Assembly: GCA_045649405.1 (NCBI GenBank)
Contig: JAZRPW010000038.1
Location: 13,442-77,441 of the forward strand
Length of the DNA: 64,000 nucleotides
Direction: 5' to 3'
From: Acutalibacteraceae bacterium
Lineage (GTDB): Bacteria; Bacillota; Clostridia; Oscillospirales; Acutalibacteraceae
Below are positions 18,873 through 27,114 of this stretch, in pieces. The notes under the pieces are model-generated. The model made no database searches and had not been told where the DNA came from. It saw nothing but the letters and a program-made list of their open reading frames with translations. A program made the translations under genes and the position numbers. Numbering within the stretch: position 1 is the stretch's first letter; each line of letters begins with the position of its first letter.

Positions 18873-19520
18873 ATGGCAAATTATAAAATTTCAGATTCGG
18901 TAATCAAACGTTTGCCGAGATATTATAGATTTTTAGGCGAGCTTATAAATAACAATGTGCCACGAATTTCTTCTGGCTCGCTTGCAACAAAAATGGGCAT
19001 CACCGCTTCACAAATCAGACAAGATTTAAACTGTTTTGGTGGTTTTGGTCAACAAGGTTATGGTTATAATGTTATTGAGTTGCACAATGAAATTGCCGAG
19101 ATTTTAGGTCTTGATAAAAAGTACAGCGCAATTATCATTGGTGCTGGTAACTTAGGCCGTGCAATTGCAACCCATATGGCTTTTGAAAAACGTGGCTTTA
19201 GTTTGATTGGCGTTTTTGATAAAAAAGAGTCAATTGCAGGGCAACTTATAAAAGGAATGCCTGTGCGCCACATTAGCGGTCTTGATGAGTTTTGCAGAGC
19301 ACACAAACCAACGGTTGCAGTTTTGTGCATTCCGGAAACCGAAACCGAAGACACAGTAAAACAATTGCTTAAATTAGGCGTTCGTGGTTTTTGGAATTTC
19401 TCTCATTACGACTTTAATTTAAAATTCCCAGATGTACCGGTTGAAAACGTGCATTTGAGTGACTCGTTAATGACATTTTGTTACAAAGTAAAAACTCTTG
19501 AGGAAGTAGAAAATCAATAA
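18873..19520 (+). CDS. rex: Redox-sensing transcriptional repressor Rex
   Basis: MANYKISDSVIKRLPRYYRFL winged-helix N-terminus and a GAGNLGRA Rossmann motif. ATG at 18873 follows AAGGAG; the track start at 18822 overlaps paralog 3. Confidence 0.9.
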   Translation: MANYKISDSVIKRLPRYYRFLGELINNNVPRISSGSLATKMGITASQIRQDLNCFGGFGQQGYGYNVIELHNEIAEILGLDKKYSAIIIGAGNLGRAIATHMAFEKRGFSLIGVFDKKESIAGQLIKGMPVRHISGLDEFCRAHKPTVAVLCIPETETEDTVKQLLKLGVRGFWNFSHYDFNLKFPDVPVENVHLSDSLMTFCYKVKTLEEVENQ

Positions 19521-19541
19521 ACTTTTAATCGGAGTGATTTA

Positions 19542-20420
19542 ATGAAAAAAATCAAAAAGTGGATTAACAAAGTCTTTGAAATTTTTTCAAAACTTTCAAA
19601 CCTTTTTATCGACAACCACATTTTTGCTTATGCATCGCAGGCATCGTTTTTTGTAATAATATCAGCAGTGCCGTTTGCAATGCTTTTGCTCAACATTTTG
19701 CAAGCGGTAATGACCATTCCGCAACAAACAGTTGAAAATGTTGTCTTGGAATTTTTGCCGGTTCAGGTTCATCAAATTGCTTATAACATAATTGCTGACT
19801 TTTACAGCAACATCAACATTCCTTTTGTGTCGGTTACAACCATCTTTCTCATTTGGACCGCGTCAAGGGGAGTAAACGCAATTTCATCAGGGCTGAAGGT
19901 TGTTTTTAACACAAATGATGACGGCAACTATTTCAAATCTGCCTTTTTCTCACTTGTTTACACCGTTTTGTTTATTGTTGTAATAATAGCAATGGTTGTT
20001 GCAGTGTTTTTCGGTGGGCATTTGGTAGACCTTTTAGCCATCTACATTCCAGGTCTGCACTCGGTTGTAGATGCTGTGTTGCAAGCAAGATATTTAATTT
20101 TGTTAATAGCGTTAACACTATTCTTTATGAGTGCTTACAAACTTTTGGGCAAATCCAAAATCAAGTTTTTAAACCAATTTTCAGGTGCGTTTTTGTCTAG
20201 TTGTTTTTGGCTCATCTTTTCATATTTTTACTCGGTTTACATTCAAAATATGGGAAGAATGTCTTACATCTACGGCTCGCTTGCAGCAATCGTGTTTTTA
20301 ATGCTTTGGCTGTGGTTCTGTATGATAAGTATGCTTTTAGGCGCACAATTTAATAGGTGGATTTTTGAAAAAAACATCACCTTAAAGTCAATTTTCACAG
20401 GAAAGTTGTCAAAAACATAA
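19542..20420 (+). CDS. YihY/BrkB (virulence factor BrkB / 'RNase BN-like') family membrane protein
   Basis: ~290 aa, six TM helices, and the ..ASQASFF..ISAVPF.. / ..YGSLAAIVFLMLWLW.. pattern typical of the family. Confidence 0.7.
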   Translation: MKKIKKWINKVFEIFSKLSNLFIDNHIFAYASQASFFVIISAVPFAMLLLNILQAVMTIPQQTVENVVLEFLPVQVHQIAYNIIADFYSNINIPFVSVTTIFLIWTASRGVNAISSGLKVVFNTNDDGNYFKSAFFSLVYTVLFIVVIIAMVVAVFFGGHLVDLLAIYIPGLHSVVDAVLQARYLILLIALTLFFMSAYKLLGKSKIKFLNQFSGAFLSSCFWLIFSYFYSVYIQNMGRMSYIYGSLAAIVFLMLWLWFCMISMLLGAQFNRWIFEKNITLKSIFTGKLSKT

Positions 20421-20449
20421 AATTTTAAGAAAAATGTTAAAGATTTTTG

Positions 20450-20478
20450 TTGACATTTTATAAATAATAGGTTATAAT
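20450..20478 (+). promoter_or_regulatory. Perfect consensus sigma-A promoter (TTGACA-17-TATAAT)
   Basis: TTGACA at 20450..20455, a 17-nt spacer, TATAAT at 20473..20478. Confidence 0.8.
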
Positions 20479-20509
20479 ATAGACGAAGAAAGAAATAGGG
20501 GTGATACCG

Positions 20510-20725
20510 ATGGGCGAAGAAAAACAAAGTTTTACTAAAAGCTTGCTGTTAGTGGTTGGCTTTATTGCAACAATTGCAGGCATCGCCGCAGCTGTTTACG
20601 CAGCTATTAAATATTTCGAGAACAAAAAAACTGAAGAATTTATGGATTATTACTTCGATGAAGATGATTATTTAGAAGAAGATGAAATCCCTTATGAACA
20701 ACTCGAAGAGGAAACAGAAGAATAA
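20510..20725 (+). CDS. Small single-pass membrane protein with a poly-acidic C-terminal tail
   Basis: ATG at 20510 follows AGGGGTGA. TM helix LLLVVGFIATIAGIAAAVYAAI, then DYYFDEDDYLEEDEIPYEQLEEETEE. Confidence 0.6.
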   Translation: MGEEKQSFTKSLLLVVGFIATIAGIAAAVYAAIKYFENKKTEEFMDYYFDEDDYLEEDEIPYEQLEEETEE

Positions 20726-20764
20726 TTAATCGGCGACATTTGACTTACCGACTACTAACTAAAC

Positions 20765-21010
20765 CACTTGTGAACTTAATATAAAAAAGGTTGGGATAGT
20801 GATGTACATTTAATTTTTAAAATGTAGGTTGTAAGTTTAAGTATCAAACGAGAGGTTTTAAGCCAATGGAAAATTAAATTTTAATTTCAACAAAATTTAA
20901 GAAAAGGATATTGGTCCAATGAGAAGTTAAGTTTTTTCTTTAAAGTGAATTTTAAAAAAGGAAATAACTCCAATGTATAAATAATTTTTGTTTTCAAACA
21001 TTTTAGACTT
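20765..21010 (+). repeat. Four degenerate tandem repeats (~53-64 nt), each with an SD-like box and a 3-codon mini-ORF ending in TAA
   Basis: Unit consensus: GTRAnyTTAA..AAAAAGG-N9-12-(C)CA-ATG-NNN-NNN-TAA-T-rich. Mini-ORFs: 20802..20813 (MYI), 20866..20877 (MEN), 20919..20930 (MRS), 20973..20984 (MYK). Confidence 0.7.
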
Positions 21011-21020
21011 CTTTAAAATT

Positions 21021-21053
21021 AAAAAAGCAAGGTGAATTTTCACCTTGCTTTTT
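21021..21053. terminator. Bidirectional rho-independent terminator
   Basis: Hairpin gcaaggtg-aatttt-caccttgc flanked by AAAAAA and TTTTT. It lies between the repeat region (+) and the rpiB end (-). Confidence 0.88.
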
Positions 21054-21070
21054 CTTATTTATCAAAAATA

Positions 21071-21514
21071 TTAATATTCGCCGTTTTCAATTTTTTCAAT
21101 TTTGTCAAGTCTGTTTTGGTGTCTGCCACCTTCATATTCTGTGTTCAAGAAAATGTCAACCAATTCAAGCGCAAACAAGTCGCCCAAAACTCTGCCACCA
21201 AGACAAAGAATGTTTGTGTTGTTGTGAAGGCGAGTAAATTTAGTTGAAAAATGGTCAGTACAAACTGCTGCACGAATGCCTTTAACTTTGTTAGCAGCAA
21301 TAGACATACCAATACCAGTACCGCAAACCAAAATTCCTTTTTCTGCTTCTTCACTTGCAACACATTGTGCAACTGGGTAAGCAGTGTCAGGATAGTCAAT
21401 GCTTTTGCCTTCAAAAGTGCCGAAGAACTTGTATTCAATACCTTTTTCATCAAAATCTTTCATAATCTTTACGGCTAATTCATAACCGCCGTGGTCACAA
21501 CCAATTGCAATCAT
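21071..21514 (-). CDS. rpiB: Ribose-5-phosphate isomerase B
   Basis: MIAIGCDHGGYELA.. and GTGIGMSIAANK motifs (RpiB/LacAB family). Confidence 0.92.
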   Translation of the reverse strand: MIAIGCDHGGYELAVKIMKDFDEKGIEYKFFGTFEGKSIDYPDTAYPVAQCVASEEAEKGILVCGTGIGMSIAANKVKGIRAAVCTDHFSTKFTRLHNNTNILCLGGRVLGDLFALELVDIFLNTEYEGGRHQNRLDKIEKIENGEY

Positions 21515-21516
21515 TT

Positions 21517-22206
21517 TTATTTCTCCTTTTTCTTAAGTAATTCTCTGCTTGCTTGCGGAAGTCGCAAATAAACAGGGGTTATTTTCTCGGGGCTTTTTGC
21601 CTCGTTTTTGTACATTTCTGAAAGCAAACAAACACTGTTTGCATGTGGCAACCTAACATCTTCATCTGCAATTGTGCAAGAAATTTCATTAAAATTCTTA
21701 TCGCAAACCGCAGTACCATCGCCACAAAGAATAATCGGTTTATTTAGTGTTTTTAATTCTTTTTCAAGGTCTTCAATAGAAATTGCTCTATCTTCACAAA
21801 GTCTAATTAACTCGCCATTTTTTTCTTCAAAAAGTGCGTTGTAAACCTGGTTGCATCTCGCATCCATAACTGCACAAAAAATGCCATCGTGACGTTCGCT
21901 TGCTGTGTGAGCAATTGTCTCAAGAGTTGAAATGCAAACACAAGGGGTATTAAAAGGTGCTGCCATTCCTTTAACAGTAGCCATTCCAATTCTAAGACCT
22001 GTAAAAGAGCCAGGACCTTTTGTAACAGCAATTAAATCAACCTCTTTAACCGAAAGATTTGCTTCGGTTAAAACTTCATTAATCATTGGCAAAAGTGTTT
22101 GCGAATGTGTAAGTCCGTTGTTGACAATTTTGCCAATTTGCTCATTGCCTTTTAAAACTGCAACCGAACAACTAATGCTTGAAGAATCAATGCCTAAAAT
22201 TATCAT
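21517..22206 (-). CDS. tsaB: tRNA t6A biosynthesis protein TsaB
   Basis: MIILGIDSSS..GPGSFTGLRIG motif. ATGA overlap with the tsaE stop. Confidence 0.9.
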   Translation of the reverse strand: MIILGIDSSSISCSVAVLKGNEQIGKIVNNGLTHSQTLLPMINEVLTEANLSVKEVDLIAVTKGPGSFTGLRIGMATVKGMAAPFNTPCVCISTLETIAHTASERHDGIFCAVMDARCNQVYNALFEEKNGELIRLCEDRAISIEDLEKELKTLNKPIILCGDGTAVCDKNFNEISCTIADEDVRLPHANSVCLLSEMYKNEAKSPEKITPVYLRLPQASRELLKKKEK

Positions 22207-22628
22207 AAATCTAATCCTTCTATTTCAAAAATTCTTGTTGTGTCATCTTCACCCTTTGAAATTGAAATTTTGATAAAGTTTTCAGGAAGCACATTTTCAA
22301 TGTTTTCACTCCACTCACAAACCACAACACCACCCATTTCACAATAAGCGAAAAAGTCGGTTGAATAAAGGTCATCAAAAGTTTCAATTCGGTACATATC
22401 AAAGTGGTAAACATTAAGTCTGCCACCGCTATATTCATTAATAATTGCAAATGTAGGAGAAGAAGCTTCGCCGGTAAAACCTAGCGCTTTTGCAAGGTGG
22501 CGAGTAAAAGTTGTTTTACCCATTCCCATTCCACCAAAAAACGCAATAAAATCATTTGGCTTTAACTTTTCTGCAATTTTATCTGCCAAAAGCGCCGTGT
22601 CTTTTTCAGATTTAGAAATAAATTTCAT
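22203..22628 (-). CDS. tsaE: tRNA t6A biosynthesis ATPase TsaE
   Basis: Walker A-like GGMGMGKTTFTRHLAKALG; ~140 aa. Confidence 0.9.
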   Translation of the reverse strand: MKFISKSEKDTALLADKIAEKLKPNDFIAFFGGMGMGKTTFTRHLAKALGFTGEASSPTFAIINEYSGGRLNVYHFDMYRIETFDDLYSTDFFAYCEMGGVVVCEWSENIENVLPENFIKISISKGEDDTTRIFEIEGLDL

Positions 22629-23768
22629 CTAACTTTTATCCCTCAAATACATCGTTCTCATAAAACGGTTTTTGTAAACTGACAACACCAACCCAATACT
22701 AATGTACAAACAAACAAGTGAAGAACCACCTGCTGAGAAGAATGGCAATGTTACACCAATAACAGGCAAAAGCGCCATAACCATTCCGGTGTTAATAAAT
22801 AACTGTGCAGCAAGCATACCAAAAGCGCCTGCACAAATAATTTTACCAATTGTGTCTTTTGAAACGGTGCTAATGTAAATTACACGAATAATAATAAGTG
22901 TCAAAATCAAGAACACAGCCAAACAACCAAAAAGACCTAACTCTTCGCCGGCAACGGTCAAAATAAAGTCGTTGTGCGCTTCAGGAACGCCGTTAGTTTG
23001 TGTTTTTGCACCACTCAAGTAACCTTGACCAAAAAGCCCACCAGAGCCAATTGCTTTGATTGATTGCAACTGTTGATAACCATAACCCTTTGCATCTGCT
23101 TCAAGGTCAAAAATAACTGCAAATCTTTCTTTTTGATATTCTGACAAAACATAAAACCAAGCAAACGGAGCGGCAACTGCAACCCCACCAAGACCAACAA
23201 GAAAATACTTTAATTTAACGCCTGCCATAAACATCATTGAAAGGAAAATGATTGTCATAACAGTAACAGTACCAAGGTCTTTTTGAAAAATCATAACAAG
23301 TGCCGGAGCACACATACCATGCAAAGTTAACAAAATAACATTGCCAACGTTGTTAATATCTTCTTTTTTGATTGAAGAAACGTGTTTTGCAAAGGTCAAA
23401 ATCATAAAAATTTTAATAAGCTCACTGACCTGAACAGAAACGCCAAAAATTTTCAACCACGCTTTGTTGTCAGAGCCAGTAGGTGTAATACCAAATTTAT
23501 ATGTAACAAGCAGTAATACAAGCGATAATACAATATAAACAGGCCAAAATTTTGTTAAATTTGAATATTCAAAAAGTGAAACAATAATAGCAACGCCAAG
23601 ACCCAACACAAGCGCACCCAACTGTACAATAACCTGCTCATAGCCATACATATTTGTTGCAGAGTAAATAAGCGTTGCACCAAAAAGTGACGCTGCAATA
23701 CACAAAATTAATAGAATTTTGTCGGTTTCTCTAATATAGTCCGCAGTTGCTTGTAAGATTTTTTTCAA
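22629..23768 (-). CDS. SEDS-family peptidoglycan polymerase (FtsW/RodA/SpoVE)
   Basis: ~10 TM helices and the PEAHNDFILTVAGEELGLFG signature. Confidence 0.88.
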   Translation of the reverse strand: MKKILQATADYIRETDKILLILCIAASLFGATLIYSATNMYGYEQVIVQLGALVLGLGVAIIVSLFEYSNLTKFWPVYIVLSLVLLLVTYKFGITPTGSDNKAWLKIFGVSVQVSELIKIFMILTFAKHVSSIKKEDINNVGNVILLTLHGMCAPALVMIFQKDLGTVTVMTIIFLSMMFMAGVKLKYFLVGLGGVAVAAPFAWFYVLSEYQKERFAVIFDLEADAKGYGYQQLQSIKAIGSGGLFGQGYLSGAKTQTNGVPEAHNDFILTVAGEELGLFGCLAVFLILTLIIIRVIYISTVSKDTIGKIICAGAFGMLAAQLFINTGMVMALLPVIGVTLPFFSAGGSSLVCLYISIGLVLSVYKNRFMRTMYLRDKS

Positions 23769-23790
23769 AATTCAAATTCCTTTCGAAAAT

Positions 23791-26157
23791 CTATTTTAAT
23801 TCAACAATAGTAACGCCATCTTCACCTTCGCCAAAAAGCCCAACTCTGAATGTGCGAACAGATGGGTGGCGACGTAAAAATGTTTGCACACCTTTTCGCA
23901 AAGCGCCGGTGCCTTTGCCGTGAATAATGGTAAATTGGCTAATTGAGCCAAGTTGTGCGTTGTCAATAAATCTGTCAATATCCATAACTGCTTCATCAAC
24001 GGTCATTCCACGCACATCAATTTCAAGCGATGCCGAACGAGTTGCCTTTGAGTCAACCCCGGTTCGTCTAACAATTGATTTTGGAATGTTAACCTTCTTT
24101 TCTTCAACAAGACGAACAGTATCGGCAGAAATTTTCATTTTCATAATGCCTGCTTGCACCTGAATTTTGTTTTTGCTGTCAGGAAGTGTTAGCACAACTG
24201 CCTTTGTGTTTGTGTCAGGCATCAAAATTGTGTCGCCAACTTTAAGTGGGCGAGGCAACTTGTAATCATCTTTAAACTTTTTGCCAGAAGAAGCAATGTT
24301 GTCAAGTTTGTTAAAACTCTGCCTTGCAGCTTGTTCTGCCTTTGAAAGCGCATCTTTCGCACCTTGCTTTTTGAGTTCTTTCAACTCATCTAAAAGTCGG
24401 TTTGCTTCAATTCTTGCATTGTCTGTAATAATTCTTGCTTGTGCCTTTGCATCTTCAATTTTTTTGTTATATTCAATGCGTAACGCGTCAGATTTAGCAT
24501 TTGCTTCATCTGCTCTGCGTTTAGCATCTGCAAGACGCATTTCGGCATCTCTAATTTTATCATCAAATTCTTTTTGTCGAGATTGCAACTGCTCAACAAC
24601 ACGCTCAAAACGGTTGTTGTCAGCAGAAATAAAATCATTTGCTCTGCTAATAATTGTCTGGTCCATTCCAAGTTTTGCAGAAATTGCAAAAGCGTTAGAT
24701 TTTCCAGGCACACCAACCAAAAGACGGTAAGTAGGTGCAAGTGTCTTAACATCAAACTCGCAACAAGCGTTTTCAACGCCTTGTGTATCAAGCGCATAAG
24801 CTTTGAGTTCGGCATAGTGAGTTGTTGCTGAAAGTGTTGCACCAAATTTACGGAAAGTTTCAAGAATAGATGTTGCAAGAGCAGCACCTTCAACAGGGTC
24901 TGTACCAGAGCACAACTCATCAAGCAAAACAAGTGAGTTGTTGTCAACCTGCTCTAAAATTGAAACAATATTTTTAATGTGAGAAGAGAATGTTGAAAGT
25001 GATTGCTCAATACTCTGCTCATCGCCAATATCAGAAAAAATGTTGTTGAAAACTGCAACTTCACTGCCTTCAGAACAAGGCACCAAAAGGCCACTTGCAG
25101 CCATAATTGAAAGAAGCCCAATTGTTTTAATTGTAACAGTTTTACCGCCGGTGTTAGGACCGGTTATAACAAGCAATTTATAGTCTTTGCCAAGTGTAAC
25201 ATTAATTGGCACAACTGTGTTTTTGTCAAGCAAAGGGTGGCGTGCATTTTTAAGTTCAATGTAACTTTTGTCATTTAAAAGTGGCTTTGTTGCATTCATC
25301 TTTTGCGCCAATTTTGCTTTGCCAAAAATATAATCAAGTTCAGTCAAAAGCCAAAGAGAATTTAAAATTGATTCTTTAACTTCGGCACATTCGCTTGAAA
25401 GTTCAAACAAAATTCTTTCAATTTCTTCTTTTTCTTTTGACTTCAAAATTTTAATTTCGTTGTTTGCTTCTACAACTGCCATTGGCTCAATGAATACAGT
25501 AGAGCCGGTAGAAGAAGTGTCATGCACAAGACCTGAAACTTCTGATTTATACTCTGCTTTAACCGGCACAACATATCTGCCGTTGCGTTGTGTAACAATA
25601 GCGTCTTGCAAAAATTTGTTGTAAGAAGATGAACGAGTGATTTTTTCTAACTTTTCTCTAATTGAGTTGCTAATGCTAATCATCTTTCTTCTAATTGAAA
25701 AAAGTGTGTCAGAAGCATTGTCATTCAACTCTTCATCGTTGCGAATGCATGTAAAAATCTTGTCAGATAAACGCTTGTTTTCATAAAGATTAGCAAAGTA
25801 ATTGTCAATTGAAGTTGAAATGCCTTCAGAATGAGAACGCCAATCTTTAATGGCAGTAACATTTTTTAAAACTCCGCCAATTGCCAAAATTTCAGAGTTG
25901 TTCAACATACCACCAGAAGCCGCACGAGTAAGTGGCGCAGTTACATCTTTAACCCCTGAAAATGGTGGGGTAGAGAAACTACAAATCAATTTGTAAGCGT
26001 CATCAGTTTTTTCTATTAACTTTTTTGTCTTTTCTAAATCATTTTGCGGTGTTGTTTCAAGCGCCTTTTGTTTAGCGCCTTCAGACACGCAACACTCTTT
26101 TAATAAAACGCAAATTTTATCAAATTCAAGTGCTTTGTAATGTTTATTCATTTGCAA
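23791..26157 (-). CDS. mutS2: Endonuclease MutS2 (MutS ATPase domain + C-terminal Smr)
   Basis: GPNTGGKTV Walker A, a coiled-coil region and Smr (IDVRGMTVDEA..IIHGKGTGALR). TTG at 26157 lies 7 nt after GAGGA; an ATG at 26151 is the alternative start. Confidence 0.92.
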   Translation of the reverse strand: MQMNKHYKALEFDKICVLLKECCVSEGAKQKALETTPQNDLEKTKKLIEKTDDAYKLICSFSTPPFSGVKDVTAPLTRAASGGMLNNSEILAIGGVLKNVTAIKDWRSHSEGISTSIDNYFANLYENKRLSDKIFTCIRNDEELNDNASDTLFSIRRKMISISNSIREKLEKITRSSSYNKFLQDAIVTQRNGRYVVPVKAEYKSEVSGLVHDTSSTGSTVFIEPMAVVEANNEIKILKSKEKEEIERILFELSSECAEVKESILNSLWLLTELDYIFGKAKLAQKMNATKPLLNDKSYIELKNARHPLLDKNTVVPINVTLGKDYKLLVITGPNTGGKTVTIKTIGLLSIMAASGLLVPCSEGSEVAVFNNIFSDIGDEQSIEQSLSTFSSHIKNIVSILEQVDNNSLVLLDELCSGTDPVEGAALATSILETFRKFGATLSATTHYAELKAYALDTQGVENACCEFDVKTLAPTYRLLVGVPGKSNAFAISAKLGMDQTIISRANDFISADNNRFERVVEQLQSRQKEFDDKIRDAEMRLADAKRRADEANAKSDALRIEYNKKIEDAKAQARIITDNARIEANRLLDELKELKKQGAKDALSKAEQAARQSFNKLDNIASSGKKFKDDYKLPRPLKVGDTILMPDTNTKAVVLTLPDSKNKIQVQAGIMKMKISADTVRLVEEKKVNIPKSIVRRTGVDSKATRSASLEIDVRGMTVDEAVMDIDRFIDNAQLGSISQFTIIHGKGTGALRKGVQTFLRRHPSVRTFRVGLFGEGEDGVTIVELK

Positions 26158-26160
26158 AAG

Positions 26161-26901
26161 TTAAATCCTCATCTGTTTATAAAAATCAAGTGTGTTGTAA
26201 TTTTTTTCGGTCTGTGCTAAAAGATATTTTTCACAAACTTCGCCAAGAATTTTCTCGCTTTGTTCGTTAATTTTAAAAGAAAACATTTTCTTTTCATCTT
26301 GATAAATAATGTGGCAAATTGCCGCAAAAACACTGTTTGGAATTGAAATAAAATTCTCATCTTTACAGTTTTCACAAGCCACAACGCCGTTTATAATGTC
26401 AAAACCAATGTTATCAAGATTTTCGCTCTTGCATTTTGTACAGCAAGAAACCGAAGGGCAATAACCAGAATATTCAAGAATTTTTAATTCAAAAATTGCC
26501 TTCAACATCTCGGGCGAACGTTTTTTCTCGCACAACAAATGCAAACTGTTAAGAATAAGTCTTAAATAATTATCTGCCTTTTCAAAAATTGGCGCTAAAT
26601 TTAATAACAATTCGCAAAAATAACCTGCAAGGGAAAGTGAAACAATGTCATCACGAAGTCCAAAAAATATCTCCTTGCTTGTTGCCGAGTTGATTTTATA
26701 TGTATCTCGGGACTGATAAATTGTAAGTTCCGAGTAAGAAAGCAAAGAGGTTGCCGAAATGTTTTTAGATTTAATTTTCAAAGCACCAGGCGCAAAAGCA
26801 CGAATGAGCCCCAAATCTTCAGTTAAAACAGTAACAAGACGGTCAGCTTCGCCAACCTTTTGTTCCTTGATTATCAAACCGGTCGTTGTTGTAAGACTCA
26901 A
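26161..26901 (-). CDS. recO: DNA repair protein RecO
   Basis: OB-fold N-terminus (GLIIKEQKVGEADRLVTVLT) and a Cys4 zinc motif (CTKC..CENC). TTG start follows AAGGAGG. Confidence 0.9.
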   Translation of the reverse strand: MSLTTTTGLIIKEQKVGEADRLVTVLTEDLGLIRAFAPGALKIKSKNISATSLLSYSELTIYQSRDTYKINSATSKEIFFGLRDDIVSLSLAGYFCELLLNLAPIFEKADNYLRLILNSLHLLCEKKRSPEMLKAIFELKILEYSGYCPSVSCCTKCKSENLDNIGFDIINGVVACENCKDENFISIPNSVFAAICHIIYQDEKKMFSFKINEQSEKILGEVCEKYLLAQTEKNYNTLDFYKQMRI

Positions 26902-27001
26902 ACTGTTTTGCCTCCTTTTCTTCGAAAATGCTATTTTTATATTTTAAATAATCATCAATTTTGCCACTGTTAACAAAATTTTCCCAAAAGTTTTCACTCA
27001 C
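26843..27001 (-). CDS. yqzL: YqzL-like small protein (52 aa), absent from the ORF track
   Basis: My own translation: GTG at 27001, 8 nt after GGAG, gives MSENFWENFVNSGKIDDYLKYKNSIFEEKEAKQFESYNNDRFDNQGTKGWRS, with TGA at 26843. It sits in the era-recO gap as yqzL does in Bacillus. The FW..F...G.I..YL.YK pattern matches my recollection of the YqzL family. Confidence 0.55.
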   Translation of the reverse strand: MSENFWENFVNSGKIDDYLKYKNSIFEEKEAKQFESYNNDRFDNQGTKGWRS

Positions 27002-27114
27002 AAAATCATCTCCAAAAAAAGTTTTTGTATTATGATTTTTTGAATTAAAACAACTTTTATAATTGGAAAAATTATAACACTGTCAAAATCGCTTTATTTA
27101 TGCGACAAGGGAAT

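Noticed and set aside
20726-21070. A known structured RNA (tRNA, tmRNA, 6S, SRP RNA, riboswitch) in the gap
   Set aside because: The region is very AT-rich and lacks the GC-rich helices or conserved boxes of those classes. The only convincing hairpin is the terminator at 21021..21053. It is reported instead as an unexplained repeat array.
26902-27114. The ATG at 27007..27009 (MIL-stop) as the start of the small gene in the era-recO gap
   Set aside because: That frame terminates after three codons. The GTG at 27001, in the adjacent frame, gives the YqzL-like product.
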